64,000 bases of DNA from a virus (lineage: Duplodnaviria; Heunggongvirae; Uroviricota; Caudoviricetes). Positions 1-9,156 of the stretch are shown in pieces. The notes under the pieces were generated by a model, which was not told where the DNA came from, did not search any database, and saw only the letters and a list, made by a program, of their open reading frames with translations. How positions within the stretch are numbered: position 1 is the stretch's first letter; each line of letters opens with the position of its first letter. Where the stretch lies: IMG/VR virus record IMGVR_UViG_3300017987_005500. One strand, given 5' to 3'. The position numbers were made by a program, and so were the translations under genes.

Positions 1-2
1 TA

Positions 3-1655
3 TATACACAAAACTTAAGAGAACCATGGGCATTCTTTACAAACGATAAAAGAGATCCTATTTATTACAATAGGAAAATTCAATCCCATAACACAAAGGA
101 ACTTATTGAATATATAACCACACAGAAAGATAGACTCTACATCCCAGGTATTCATGAGAATATAGACTTTAAAGTTGGGGATGACATTATTGTAGCTAAC
201 TGGGAAAACCCATATGAAATGACTATTATTCAAACTATCATTAGATTTGAATATAAAAATGACAGATTTACTGGAGATTTTCATGCAAATGTAGTATGTA
301 AAGATCATCAAGGTATTGAAAGATGGTATACAATTGTAGAGATATCCTTAACTGGACCAAAAGTAAATGTAGGACTTATAAGGAAAGCTTATAGGACATA
401 TGATGGAATTGTTGCCGGATCTAAGATCAGAGCGAAAGTTCCAAGACTTGGAATGTTCCCAAAGAAAGATGTAAATAAGATTGTTGCTTTTATCGAAACT
501 GGAGCAACTCCATTAATGATTTGTAGCAATTTATGTACCTTATGGGCAAATCAAGAAACATATGAAAAGTTTGACATTTTCCCACCGACTCATCCAAAGT
601 ATTATGGAATGAAAATAGCTCCATATGACACGAAGAAGATTAAACGACAATTTGGAGATTATATCTATCACAAAGAAGATGATAGATTGTATTACAATGT
701 CATGGAAAATAATCAATATTTGAGAGCTGTTCGAGTAGATCCTTCTTTTAGTGCAAATGATGAACTTTATAAAGGATCTGAGTTGGAAAACAAATTAGTA
801 TATTATGGTTTTCAACTTCCAAGAATCACTCCGACTGTAAGACAGACTCTTAATTACGAAGCACAATTTCAAACTATTTATGGACCACATATTGAAACAA
901 CGACAAGTATTGTTCCAACTTCAAGAATGATTCCAATGCCTTATGTAAATACGGAAAGGAATTTTGAATTAGAACTTGAAAGAACTGAAAATGAGATCAT
1001 TCAAGTAACTCAACCAACTCCACCAACTCAAGATATTGATGAGGTTGAGGATGAGGATTTTCCTGAAGAAGAATCTGAAAAGACTATGAATGATATTGAA
1101 CAGGTTGCTAGTGGAGCTTCTTCTCCGCCAGCTCCTGCAGGAAGATTTGATAGACTTAGAGAAAGACCTCAAATGACATGGACTAATACAGCAACATCTT
1201 CAGATTATTATAGAGAATATAATCAAGAGATTATGTTCAGACGATTACATGAACCTCAGGCATTTAGATCTTTTGACAATCCAGAGCAAACCGATGAGGA
1301 AATAGAGCAAGCTCAAGCATTACAAGAAGAAGCTCCAGAACAATCTGCTGAAGAAGCTGCTGATGAGATCTGGGAAGAAATGGAGGAAAGAGGGGAAGTT
1401 CAAGCAATACCTGCTCCAGACCGAGAAAATGCAGAAGACATAAATGAAAATCCTGACCGAGAGGAAATGGAAGAAAATGCTGCTGAAGAAACGACTAATG
1501 AAATGGCACAAGATGTATTTGAAGAAACAATAGTTAATGAAGATCCAGACATTGACCATGTTCAACAAGTTGTTGAAAATGACATTCAAATATCTATTGA
1601 GGATGCCCAACAAGCAATGCATGATGAAATGAGAATGAGAAATTTAGAATCATAA
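3..1655 (+). CDS. Large hypothetical protein, 5'-truncated by window edge, with acidic low-complexity C-terminal tail
   Basis: The frame of the 219..1655 ORF stays open back to nt 3 (YTQNLREPWAFF...NPYEM), so the true start lies upstream; the last ~230 aa are very E/D-rich. Confidence 0.75.
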   Translation, partial: YTQNLREPWAFFTNDKRDPIYYNRKIQSHNTKELIEYITTQKDRLYIPGIHENIDFKVGDDIIVANWENPYEMTIIQTIIRFEYKNDRFTGDFHANVVCKDHQGIERWYTIVEISLTGPKVNVGLIRKAYRTYDGIVAGSKIRAKVPRLGMFPKKDVNKIVAFIETGATPLMICSNLCTLWANQETYEKFDIFPPTHPKYYGMKIAPYDTKKIKRQFGDYIYHKEDDRLYYNVMENNQYLRAVRVDPSFSANDELYKGSELENKLVYYGFQLPRITPTVRQTLNYEAQFQTIYGPHIETTTSIVPTSRMIPMPYVNTERNFELELERTENEIIQVTQPTPPTQDIDEVEDEDFPEEESEKTMNDIEQVASGASSPPAPAGRFDRLRERPQMTWTNTATSSDYYREYNQEIMFRRLHEPQAFRSFDNPEQTDEEIEQAQALQEEAPEQSAEEAADEIWEEMEERGEVQAIPAPDRENAEDINENPDREEMEENAAEETTNEMAQDVFEETIVNEDPDIDHVQQVVENDIQISIEDAQQAMHDEMRMRNLES

Positions 1656-1667
1656 GGAGAAAATTAA

Positions 1668-2735
1668 ATGTTTCCAGTATATGTTAATGACGGAACCCAA
1701 GAAGTACCTGATGCAGATATATTTTACATAATTGGTAAAGATGGAATTTACTTAAGGAAAAAACTTGGAAGACTTGATGCAATTGTCCCGGTTGATAAAA
1801 TCTCAACACTTGGAGATGTTGAGACAATGGCGACATATGACTTACCTCCAATTCCTGCATTGCATTTTGCTAAAGTTGTCTCATTCTTTAAAGTAATATA
1901 TGAGATGCATAAGAGTGAGGCAATTGTATTGGTACATTTTGATGAGGAAAATGAAAAGTTTAAACTTCAATGTCCACATCAAAAAGTTACAAGAGCGGGA
2001 CTTGATTATATAAGAACTGTAACATTTCCTGGATATACAAAAGTATGTACTATTCATAGTCATTCGGATATGAGTGCTTTTCATTCAGGAACCGACGATA
2101 AAGATGAAGAAGACACAGATGGACTTCATATCACGGTAGGTCATTTAGACTGGGATGATGGAATGTTTGATTTATCAGTTTCTGTAGTCATCAATGGAAA
2201 AAGATTTATGGTTGAAGCGAGTGATTATATTGAGGGTCTTACACAAGTTGAAGTTGAAGAAACGAAACCTCATTATATAAGCACCTGGTTTAATTCATAT
2301 TTAAATGATGATTCAGATCCTGACGTTAAATCGGGTTATAAAATGGGTCTTCCTGATTCAAAAATGACATTCAATAAAAAATGGTTAGACTATGTGACCG
2401 TTGAGTCTGTAAGACGTGGTTATTATATGGGCAGTGTTCATTATGGAGGTGGTGGACATAGAGTCCATAGTGTTGGAAGTCCTCATTACAAAAATAACCA
2501 AAAGATAATCGAACATCATTTTGGTGCTGACAACAACGATGAAGATACACATGATTTCAATCCCTGTTTGAATTGTGTATTTTCTGAACATAAACTTCTT
2601 CAAGAAGTTGAAGATGAAGATATTGACCCTAATGATGTTGAGGGTTATGACATTGTTGGTGGAGATGAACACAATCACAGACCAATCACACATGAAAATC
2701 AATTATTAGACGGAGGTGATGAGCATGGAAATTAA
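1668..2735 (+). CDS. JAB/MPN+ metalloprotease (prokaryotic deubiquitinase-like, PRTRC protein A-like)
   Basis: E(AIVL)...IHSHSDMSAFHSGTDDKD matches the JAMM E-x(n)-HxH-x7-S-x2-D motif; RBS aggag. Confidence 0.85.
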   Translation: MFPVYVNDGTQEVPDADIFYIIGKDGIYLRKKLGRLDAIVPVDKISTLGDVETMATYDLPPIPALHFAKVVSFFKVIYEMHKSEAIVLVHFDEENEKFKLQCPHQKVTRAGLDYIRTVTFPGYTKVCTIHSHSDMSAFHSGTDDKDEEDTDGLHITVGHLDWDDGMFDLSVSVVINGKRFMVEASDYIEGLTQVEVEETKPHYISTWFNSYLNDDSDPDVKSGYKMGLPDSKMTFNKKWLDYVTVESVRRGYYMGSVHYGGGGHRVHSVGSPHYKNNQKIIEHHFGADNNDEDTHDFNPCLNCVFSEHKLLQEVEDEDIDPNDVEGYDIVGGDEHNHRPITHENQLLDGGDEHGN

Positions 2736-3417
2736 GAATATTAAGATAATTGGTCTTGGTGGAATTGGTTCAATTCTTACTGACAAAATTTGCAGATTTA
2801 TGTCATTTGGTAAATTTGCAAATGATGACTGGACAATCACTTTAATTGATGGTGATGACTACGAACCCAAAAACAGGGAAAGACAAGATTTTATATACTT
2901 AAAGAACAAAGCATTATCCAAACAAGAAGAGCTTAATGCCAAGTATGGTGTCAATACAGTTCAATATGTTGTTGAGTCTTATATTGATCAAGACAATGTA
3001 AAACAATATATTGGATCAGGCGATTTAGTCTTTATGTGTGTGGATAATCACCAATCCCGTAAATTGATATCCGACCATGCGGGAACGTTAGACGACGTTA
3101 TAATTGTTTCTGGAGGAAATGACTACATTGATGGAAATGTGCAAGTATACGGAAGAGAAAATGGAAAAGACATTTCCCCATCATTAACATCTTTTCATCC
3201 TGAAATAGACAGTCCTGATGATAAACACCCAAGCGATATGTCATGTGAAGAATTGGCAGACTCAGTTCCTCAATTATACTTTGCCAATTTGACTGCGGCA
3301 ACAGTTATGTGCTGGGTTTTATATGCTTTGATTCAGGAAAAATTTAACTTTGGAAAACCTGAAGTTTATTTTGACATCGAGATGATGTCAATTGTAGGCA
3401 AGATGAGAGCTGTTTAA
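2725..3417 (+). CDS. E1/ThiF-family ubiquitin-like activating enzyme
   Basis: IIGLGGIGS nucleotide-binding loop, DGDDYEPKNRERQ, CVDN, candidate catalytic Cys in DMSCEE; RBS ggaggt before ATG 2725. Confidence 0.9.
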   Translation: MEIKNIKIIGLGGIGSILTDKICRFMSFGKFANDDWTITLIDGDDYEPKNRERQDFIYLKNKALSKQEELNAKYGVNTVQYVVESYIDQDNVKQYIGSGDLVFMCVDNHQSRKLISDHAGTLDDVIIVSGGNDYIDGNVQVYGRENGKDISPSLTSFHPEIDSPDDKHPSDMSCEELADSVPQLYFANLTAATVMCWVLYALIQEKFNFGKPEVYFDIEMMSIVGKMRAV

Positions 3418-3449
3418 CGAAAAACTATTTAACGAAAAGGATTAAGAAA

Positions 3450-3977
3450 ATGGCATCAAAGTACACAAAAGAGAAACTGTCCAAACTTAACAATGTTGAA
3501 CTCCGAGAAATTTGCAAGAAAAAGAAAATTCCTGGAATGTCAAAGAAACGTAAAGATGTTATGGTTGACGCAATACTTCTTGCTCATGGCGGAACGAAAG
3601 CAAATGCCAAATCTTCCAAGAAAGCTAAGACTCTCGGAATTGGAAAAGATGGCGAACCAACTAAAAATGCTTCCGAAGCAAAGAAAGATGACAAACTTCA
3701 AGCTGCAACATTTACTCTTAGCAGTGTTTTGACAAAACCATCTGCAAAATATGGTGATCGAACAACCACGACAATTCGCGTATCATCCGGCGCAGCTGCA
3801 GGCGACTTCCCTGTAACAGGAAGAACAGTATCTTCTGTTAAATCATTCCTCTCTGAAGTTCTCAATATTTCCAAAATGTCTTCTCCAATCGTCAATGGAA
3901 AACAGGTTGAAGATAATTATGTAATCAAACAAGGTGATGAACTTGAGTTCTTGAAACCAGCAGGTCAGAAAGGGTAA
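3450..3977 (+). CDS. Ubiquitin-like (beta-grasp) protein with N-terminal Rho-N/HeH-like domain
   Basis: N-term LSKLNNVELREICKKKKIPGMSKKRKDVMVDAIL; C-term IVNGKQVEDNYVIKQGDELEFLKPAGQKG ends in Gly like ThiS/MoaD/PRTRC-C. Confidence 0.8.
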   Translation: MASKYTKEKLSKLNNVELREICKKKKIPGMSKKRKDVMVDAILLAHGGTKANAKSSKKAKTLGIGKDGEPTKNASEAKKDDKLQAATFTLSSVLTKPSAKYGDRTTTTIRVSSGAAAGDFPVTGRTVSSVKSFLSEVLNISKMSSPIVNGKQVEDNYVIKQGDELEFLKPAGQKG

Positions 3978-4010
3978 TTAATTTAATCAATAGACTTCTA
4001 TATATATAAT

Positions 4011-4057
4011 TATATGAGAAGGGGAATTTTTGTAATATAAAATTTCCCTCTCATATA
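4011..4057 (+). terminator. Stem-loop after the Ubl gene
   Basis: Imperfect inverted repeat tatatgagaagggg...tttccctctcatata. Confidence 0.5.
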
Positions 4058-4081
4058 AATTATTTAGGAGACTTTTTTATT

Positions 4082-4486
4082 ATGACCGTTAAAATCACAA
4101 AAGATTGTGGAGATGGAAAATTTATAGCAGAGAATGAAAAAGGACAATCATTTAAAATCTTTACAGTTGATAGAGCTAAAATTCAAAAAAGTCATGACGA
4201 CAGAGTTGCACAAGTTGCACAAGCAATAAATAAAGACGACATAGAAAGATTATTTTTAACAACTTTAGAATATTCAACTAAACCAATTGATATAGATCAT
4301 TGGAGAAAACTTGCTGAGGATTTAACTGTTTTCTTGAAAAGGTTATATACTCAAATTGGAAATCCTAATATTTTTCATCATTACATTAAAAATATTGATC
4401 CAGATTATTATGGTAAAGCTGATACATTTAGGAAGGAATGCAAATCTTTACATAAGATATGTATAGAGATTAAAAATAAACCTTGA
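4082..4486 (+). CDS. Hypothetical protein
   Basis: 134-aa ORF with RBS aggag. Confidence 0.7.
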   Translation: MTVKITKDCGDGKFIAENEKGQSFKIFTVDRAKIQKSHDDRVAQVAQAINKDDIERLFLTTLEYSTKPIDIDHWRKLAEDLTVFLKRLYTQIGNPNIFHHYIKNIDPDYYGKADTFRKECKSLHKICIEIKNKP

Positions 4487-4546
4487 CAATTTAAAGTACT
4501 AATACAATTATTATATGTAATTTAAAACGAAAGGTGGTGATAAACG

Positions 4547-4792
4547 TTGGCATATTCTGAGAAGGATGACAAACTTATAAAGTTATTTGAATTTGGAGAT
4601 GAGGATGCAGCACTACATTTTTCTATATTCTCATATGATGGAGGACCCAGGAAAATCCAAATGACAAGAATGTTTAAGAAGAAAGACAACACACAAGGTT
4701 ATGGTAAAGCAGGAAGAATGACTATCGAGGAAATGAAATATTTAAGAGATAATTTAGATGAAATCATTTCCGTAATGGAAGGAGAAAATTGA
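4547..4792 (+). CDS. PC4/YdbC-like ssDNA-binding protein
   Basis: SIFSYDGGPRKIQMTR...GKAGRMTIEEM resembles the PC4 fold signature; TTG start after aggtgg. Confidence 0.6.
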   Translation: MAYSEKDDKLIKLFEFGDEDAALHFSIFSYDGGPRKIQMTRMFKKKDNTQGYGKAGRMTIEEMKYLRDNLDEIISVMEGEN

Positions 4793-4823
4793 ACAAATTA
4801 AATTGTTAGGATAGGGGAGTAAC

Positions 4824-5696
4824 ATGCGTATTTGCGTTATTGGGTTGGGCACAATAGGTGGATTCTTTTCACAATTTATTTCTGACTTTAGAGATGTGAC
4901 TCATTTGACTATTATAGATTATGATAAAGTTGAAAAGAAAAATCTAAAAAATACTGTTTTCAAGAGAAAACATATTGGGATGTTAAAGATTGACGCAGTT
5001 GAAGAAATTATCAAAGAAACAAATGAAAAAATTACCCTATCGAAGTATGACATAGAGTTTAATGAAGACAAATTTGATTTAACGCCATATGATTATGTGG
5101 TTGATTGTAGGGACTTCACTTACAATCGAAGAAAAGTTAACATAAGACTTTATTTTTCAGGAAGACAATTAATTGTAGATTGCAGAAAGAAAGCGACCTA
5201 CGAAACTCCAATGGAAGGTTATTATACAACAAAGCTTACAAAAACAGATGTTATTGGAGCTGTTAATGCTGTTGCATTATTATTTAACAAAAAGATTGTG
5301 AATAAATTTATAGACGAAGAGATAGTATATCGTTATGAACTTGATGGATCGAATATCGAAGCATGTGAATATATTGATCAAAGATCAAAAACTCCTGATA
5401 TATTATATGAGTCCTGTGATGCGGAGACAAATAAAGGAGAAGACTCTCTAATTAATTTACATGAGAATCTCCAACCAATTTTGGATATGAATACAAAATC
5501 TGCTACGACATTATTCGTTGGACCAAAAGACTTTCCAACTATGGAAAAAGAATTTCCGGCTGGAACATTAACATCGTTTTCAGATGTTATAAAATCCCTT
5601 GTGAATGCTATTAATTTACCATTTGCATATAATTACTATGTAGTATCTTCAGGGAAAAATGTTATTGAGTTGATTCCTGATACAGGAGCTGCTTAG
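4824..5696 (+). CDS. Second ThiF/E1-like protein, possibly with a C-terminal Ubl-like domain
   Basis: VIGLGTIGG, IDYDKVEKKNL, GMLKIDA, VVDCRD; C-term GKNVIELIPDTGAA resembles the last MoaD/ThiS strand. Confidence 0.75.
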   Translation: MRICVIGLGTIGGFFSQFISDFRDVTHLTIIDYDKVEKKNLKNTVFKRKHIGMLKIDAVEEIIKETNEKITLSKYDIEFNEDKFDLTPYDYVVDCRDFTYNRRKVNIRLYFSGRQLIVDCRKKATYETPMEGYYTTKLTKTDVIGAVNAVALLFNKKIVNKFIDEEIVYRYELDGSNIEACEYIDQRSKTPDILYESCDAETNKGEDSLINLHENLQPILDMNTKSATTLFVGPKDFPTMEKEFPAGTLTSFSDVIKSLVNAINLPFAYNYYVVSSGKNVIELIPDTGAA

Positions 5697-5698
5697 AA

Positions 5699-6040
5699 AT
5701 GTTAAAAGAAAATTATTTGGTTAAGAGAAAGATAGTACCCAAAAGGGTATTTTACAGAGGTAGAGAGACAGAAATAGAGGAAATTGATGACCATTTAATT
5801 ATAGAGAAATATAGAGTTGTATTAATAGACGACAAAATTATGAAAATACTTTTAGTTGATTGTCGTCATCCGAATGCTGACCCGTATACCGGAGAATATT
5901 GCCTACCATACACTCTAAAAGGACTTAAGTTTACAAAAGAGAATCTTAAAAAGATAGACAAATCTCTTGAATTATATAACCTCTTAAATTGTTACGAAAT
6001 TCCATATGGACATTTCAAAGTTGTTGGAGGAAGATTATGA
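5699..6040 (+). CDS. E2/UBC-like ubiquitin-conjugating protein
   Basis: HPNADPYTGEYCL matches the UBC HPN-x(5-7)-G-x-[IY]CL active-site signature. Confidence 0.65.
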   Translation: MLKENYLVKRKIVPKRVFYRGRETEIEEIDDHLIIEKYRVVLIDDKIMKILLVDCRHPNADPYTGEYCLPYTLKGLKFTKENLKKIDKSLELYNLLNCYEIPYGHFKVVGGRL

Positions 6041-6240
6041 GTGATGAAAAACCTTCTGCAGAAGAGCTAACTAAACAAGAAATGCTCGGAGCAGTTGATG
6101 ACATTGATAGCGCATTTAAAAAAATAGGTAAACGTTTTATAACAATTGCCACTGGCGGACTTGAAGAAATTACTTCAAAGCTATGGAAACGTAATGTGTC
6201 AAAAGTAAAATCTTCAATTCAAGGAACTAAGGAGAGCTAA
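6037..6240 (+). CDS. Hypothetical protein
   Basis: ATGA overlap with the E2 stop and RBS ggagg; start MSDEKPS preferred over 5989. Confidence 0.6.
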   Translation: MSDEKPSAEELTKQEMLGAVDDIDSAFKKIGKRFITIATGGLEEITSKLWKRNVSKVKSSIQGTKES

Positions 6241-6241
6241 A

Positions 6242-6460
6242 ATGGAAGGAATCTTAGGAGAGCAAGTACGTAAAGAAATTGAAGCGATTATAGATGAAAA
6301 GATAAATGATAAAGAAAATAAACTGACAAAAGACGAACTCAATGAGATTGTCTCTTCTTTGATTCCTTCATTAGATGAACTTGTTGCTAAACAAGTAAAA
6401 CACCATATGGTTCTTATAGCACAGTATGTGATTGAACAACATGGAGGGAAATCAAATTAA
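6242..6460 (+). CDS. Hypothetical helical protein
   Basis: 72-aa ORF translationally coupled to the beta-prime gene (TAATG). Confidence 0.65.
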   Translation: MEGILGEQVRKEIEAIIDEKINDKENKLTKDELNEIVSSLIPSLDELVAKQVKHHMVLIAQYVIEQHGGKSN

Positions 6461-9156
6461 TGCCAAAACTACTGGATCAGAAAAAATTCTGTGAAGATCT
6501 TAAGGAAGTGACATCTCCTAAACCAATAATTAAGAGAAGATTTCATCCTGATGGACTCTTCTCTGAGCAAATCTTTGGTCCTATTAAGAATTACACATGT
6601 CAATGTGGTACGTATTATGGTGTTTCAAAATCTGGAGGAACTTGTCCAATATGCGAAGTTGACATTTTAAGTTCTGTGGAAAGAAGAAGAAGGTTTGCAA
6701 AAATCACTTTGCCAATTCCAGTTGTAAATCCTTTATTTTATGATTTACTTGTGAATTTAGGTGGAAGTGATTTAAAGAAAGTCATTGATGTTCTCATGAA
6801 AGATGAGAAAAGTATTTTGTATATGCATGAAGATGAATATGTTGCAACAACCGAAGCTTCTGTAATTCCAGAAGGAGCAGCAAGAATTGATCGAATTGAA
6901 GCTATTGAAGAATTAATTAAAACATTAGCTACTGGACTTTCAGCTGATGGAATTCCTGAATGGAAAATGGTACTTGATAATATTGATAAATTGCTTTTAC
7001 ATGAAATTGTAGTATTACCAGCTGATTTAAGACCTGCTTCAAGAGGAATTGATAGCGCACATCAAAAGGCAGATACCATTAATAGATATTATACGCAAAT
7101 TCTCACAAAACGAGAGATAATGCTTTCAACTATAATTGACATTAAGCAGGATAAATCAATATATTATCAATATTATACTCCTCTACAAAAAGATGTGAAT
7201 GAATTATATAATCACATCTTAGAAAAATTATCAAAGAAGGAAGGACTTATACGGGGAAATATATTAGGAAAGAGAATTGATTTCTCTGGCAGAGCAGTTA
7301 TAATTCCCGACCCGTTACTTAAACTTGATCATTGCTGTTTACCATATCTTATGGTACTTGAATTATTCAAAATTCAAATAGCAAAGAAGCTTATTGAAAA
7401 GAATAAATTCAAGATGATTAATCAAGCAGTTGACTTTATTGAAAAATGTATGGAACTCGACAGTCCCGTATTATTTGAAATTGCTAAGGAAGTGATTGAA
7501 GGTGAAGTATGTATGTTGAATAGACAACCTTCTTTACACAGACTTAGCATGACTGGATTTTATATTACAATATCTTTAGATAAAGTAATTAAAATTCACC
7601 CATTATCTTGCTCAGGATTTAATGCAGATTTTGATGGTGATCAAATGGCAGTTTATATTCCAATAACTGAAAAAGCAAAACAAGAAATCATTGAAAAATG
7701 TTTGATCACAAGAAATTTCATAAATCCATCAAATGGAAGTTTGGCACCAACACCCTCGCAAGATATAATATTAGGAATATATGCTTTAACCTCAAATGTT
7801 TTCCCCGACTTAAGAAATGAGGTTGAGTTTAAGGGCAAAATGATCACGGAAGGGAGGAAAATATTTAATGCCTGCCTTCCTGATGATTATCCGATTATTG
7901 ACGATGTAGTTATAAGCAAGAGACTTATTAGAATATTAAATGACGTAGAGTCAAAATATATATTCTCAGTTACTACAAAAGTTCTTGATCATATTAAAAG
8001 AGTTGGATTTAAATATTCAACTCTATTTGGAGCAACTATTTCCTTAGGTCAATGTAAGATTGATGGAGTTAGGAGTTTCAGAGATACGTTATACGAAAGT
8101 GATGAAGTTTCAACACAATTAGAGCAAGTTAATGGTTCTTTAGCTACAAATATGCTTAAAGAAAATTTTGCATATTCATATATGATAGAGTCAGGATCAC
8201 GAGGTTCTTGGGATCAAGCACGACAAATACTCCTTACGAGAGGGTTTATTTCAAATTTTAATTTGGAAATATTACCTGAACCAATTAAACATTCATTGAT
8301 TGAAGGGTTGACAAGAAGAGAATTCTTTCTTTCAACTTATGGATGTCGTAAAGGATTATTAGACGTTGCCTTGAATACCGGGACCTCAGGATACCTTTCT
8401 CGAAAACTGATTTTTGCATGTGTAAATGTAGAAATTGATCTTGAATTAGAAGATTGTGGTACTGAAGATTGTTTAGAAGTTTATGTTGATGATGCACCAA
8501 AAGCAATTCTTCTAATAGATAGATATTATGTAAAAGATGGTGAGTATATTAAGATAACAATGGATAATTTCAAAGATATAGTTGGAGAAGTTATCAAAAT
8601 AAGAAGTCCAATATTTTGTAAATCTCCTCAGATATGTCATAAGTGTTATGGGGATTTATGGAAAAAACTTCACAGCAGATATGTTGGAGTAATTGCTGCT
8701 CAATCATTAGGAGAATGTAATACTCAATTAGTTCTTAGGACATTTCATACGTCGGGTGTTGCAACTTCCAAAGGAGATATGCATCAAGATGATATTGTTG
8801 GGGATTTATCAAATGCCTCAAAGAGTCTTCATGATGTAAAGAATAGCAATTATAAAGATATTGTTGATAAGTTATTTAAGATTTACAATACAAATCGAAA
8901 AATTTACCATGTTCATTTTGAATGTGTAGTTTCACAGTTAATGTGGGCAGGGTATCGAAAATGGAGACTCCTTGAAAATAGAGATTCTGTGCCACCTGAG
9001 TATATCTCAGTTCAAACGGTACCGAGTAATGAGAGTTGGTTATTAGGACTCGCATTTTCAAGACCAAGGCAGCATATTGTAAGAGGATTATTCAAAGCTG
9101 GTAATTATCAAGGTGTTATGGATAAACTATTAACAGGAGAGGATATACATAGATGA
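6460..9156 (+). CDS. rpoC: DNA-directed RNA polymerase beta-prime-like subunit (phage-encoded, compact)
   Basis: GLFSEQIFGP, Zn-finger CQCG...CPIC, RIDFSGRAVI, LNRQPSLH, catalytic NADFDGD, TSGYLSRKL, AAQSLGE..TQLVLRTFH. Confidence 0.97.
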   Translation: MPKLLDQKKFCEDLKEVTSPKPIIKRRFHPDGLFSEQIFGPIKNYTCQCGTYYGVSKSGGTCPICEVDILSSVERRRRFAKITLPIPVVNPLFYDLLVNLGGSDLKKVIDVLMKDEKSILYMHEDEYVATTEASVIPEGAARIDRIEAIEELIKTLATGLSADGIPEWKMVLDNIDKLLLHEIVVLPADLRPASRGIDSAHQKADTINRYYTQILTKREIMLSTIIDIKQDKSIYYQYYTPLQKDVNELYNHILEKLSKKEGLIRGNILGKRIDFSGRAVIIPDPLLKLDHCCLPYLMVLELFKIQIAKKLIEKNKFKMINQAVDFIEKCMELDSPVLFEIAKEVIEGEVCMLNRQPSLHRLSMTGFYITISLDKVIKIHPLSCSGFNADFDGDQMAVYIPITEKAKQEIIEKCLITRNFINPSNGSLAPTPSQDIILGIYALTSNVFPDLRNEVEFKGKMITEGRKIFNACLPDDYPIIDDVVISKRLIRILNDVESKYIFSVTTKVLDHIKRVGFKYSTLFGATISLGQCKIDGVRSFRDTLYESDEVSTQLEQVNGSLATNMLKENFAYSYMIESGSRGSWDQARQILLTRGFISNFNLEILPEPIKHSLIEGLTRREFFLSTYGCRKGLLDVALNTGTSGYLSRKLIFACVNVEIDLELEDCGTEDCLEVYVDDAPKAILLIDRYYVKDGEYIKITMDNFKDIVGEVIKIRSPIFCKSPQICHKCYGDLWKKLHSRYVGVIAAQSLGECNTQLVLRTFHTSGVATSKGDMHQDDIVGDLSNASKSLHDVKNSNYKDIVDKLFKIYNTNRKIYHVHFECVVSQLMWAGYRKWRLLENRDSVPPEYISVQTVPSNESWLLGLAFSRPRQHIVRGLFKAGNYQGVMDKLLTGEDIHR

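Noticed and set aside
2725-3977. Thiamine or molybdopterin biosynthesis (thiF/thiS, moeB/moaD)
   Set aside because: No thiG, moaE or cysteine desulfurase nearby; a JAB, an E2-like gene and an extra domain on the Ubl favour protein conjugation
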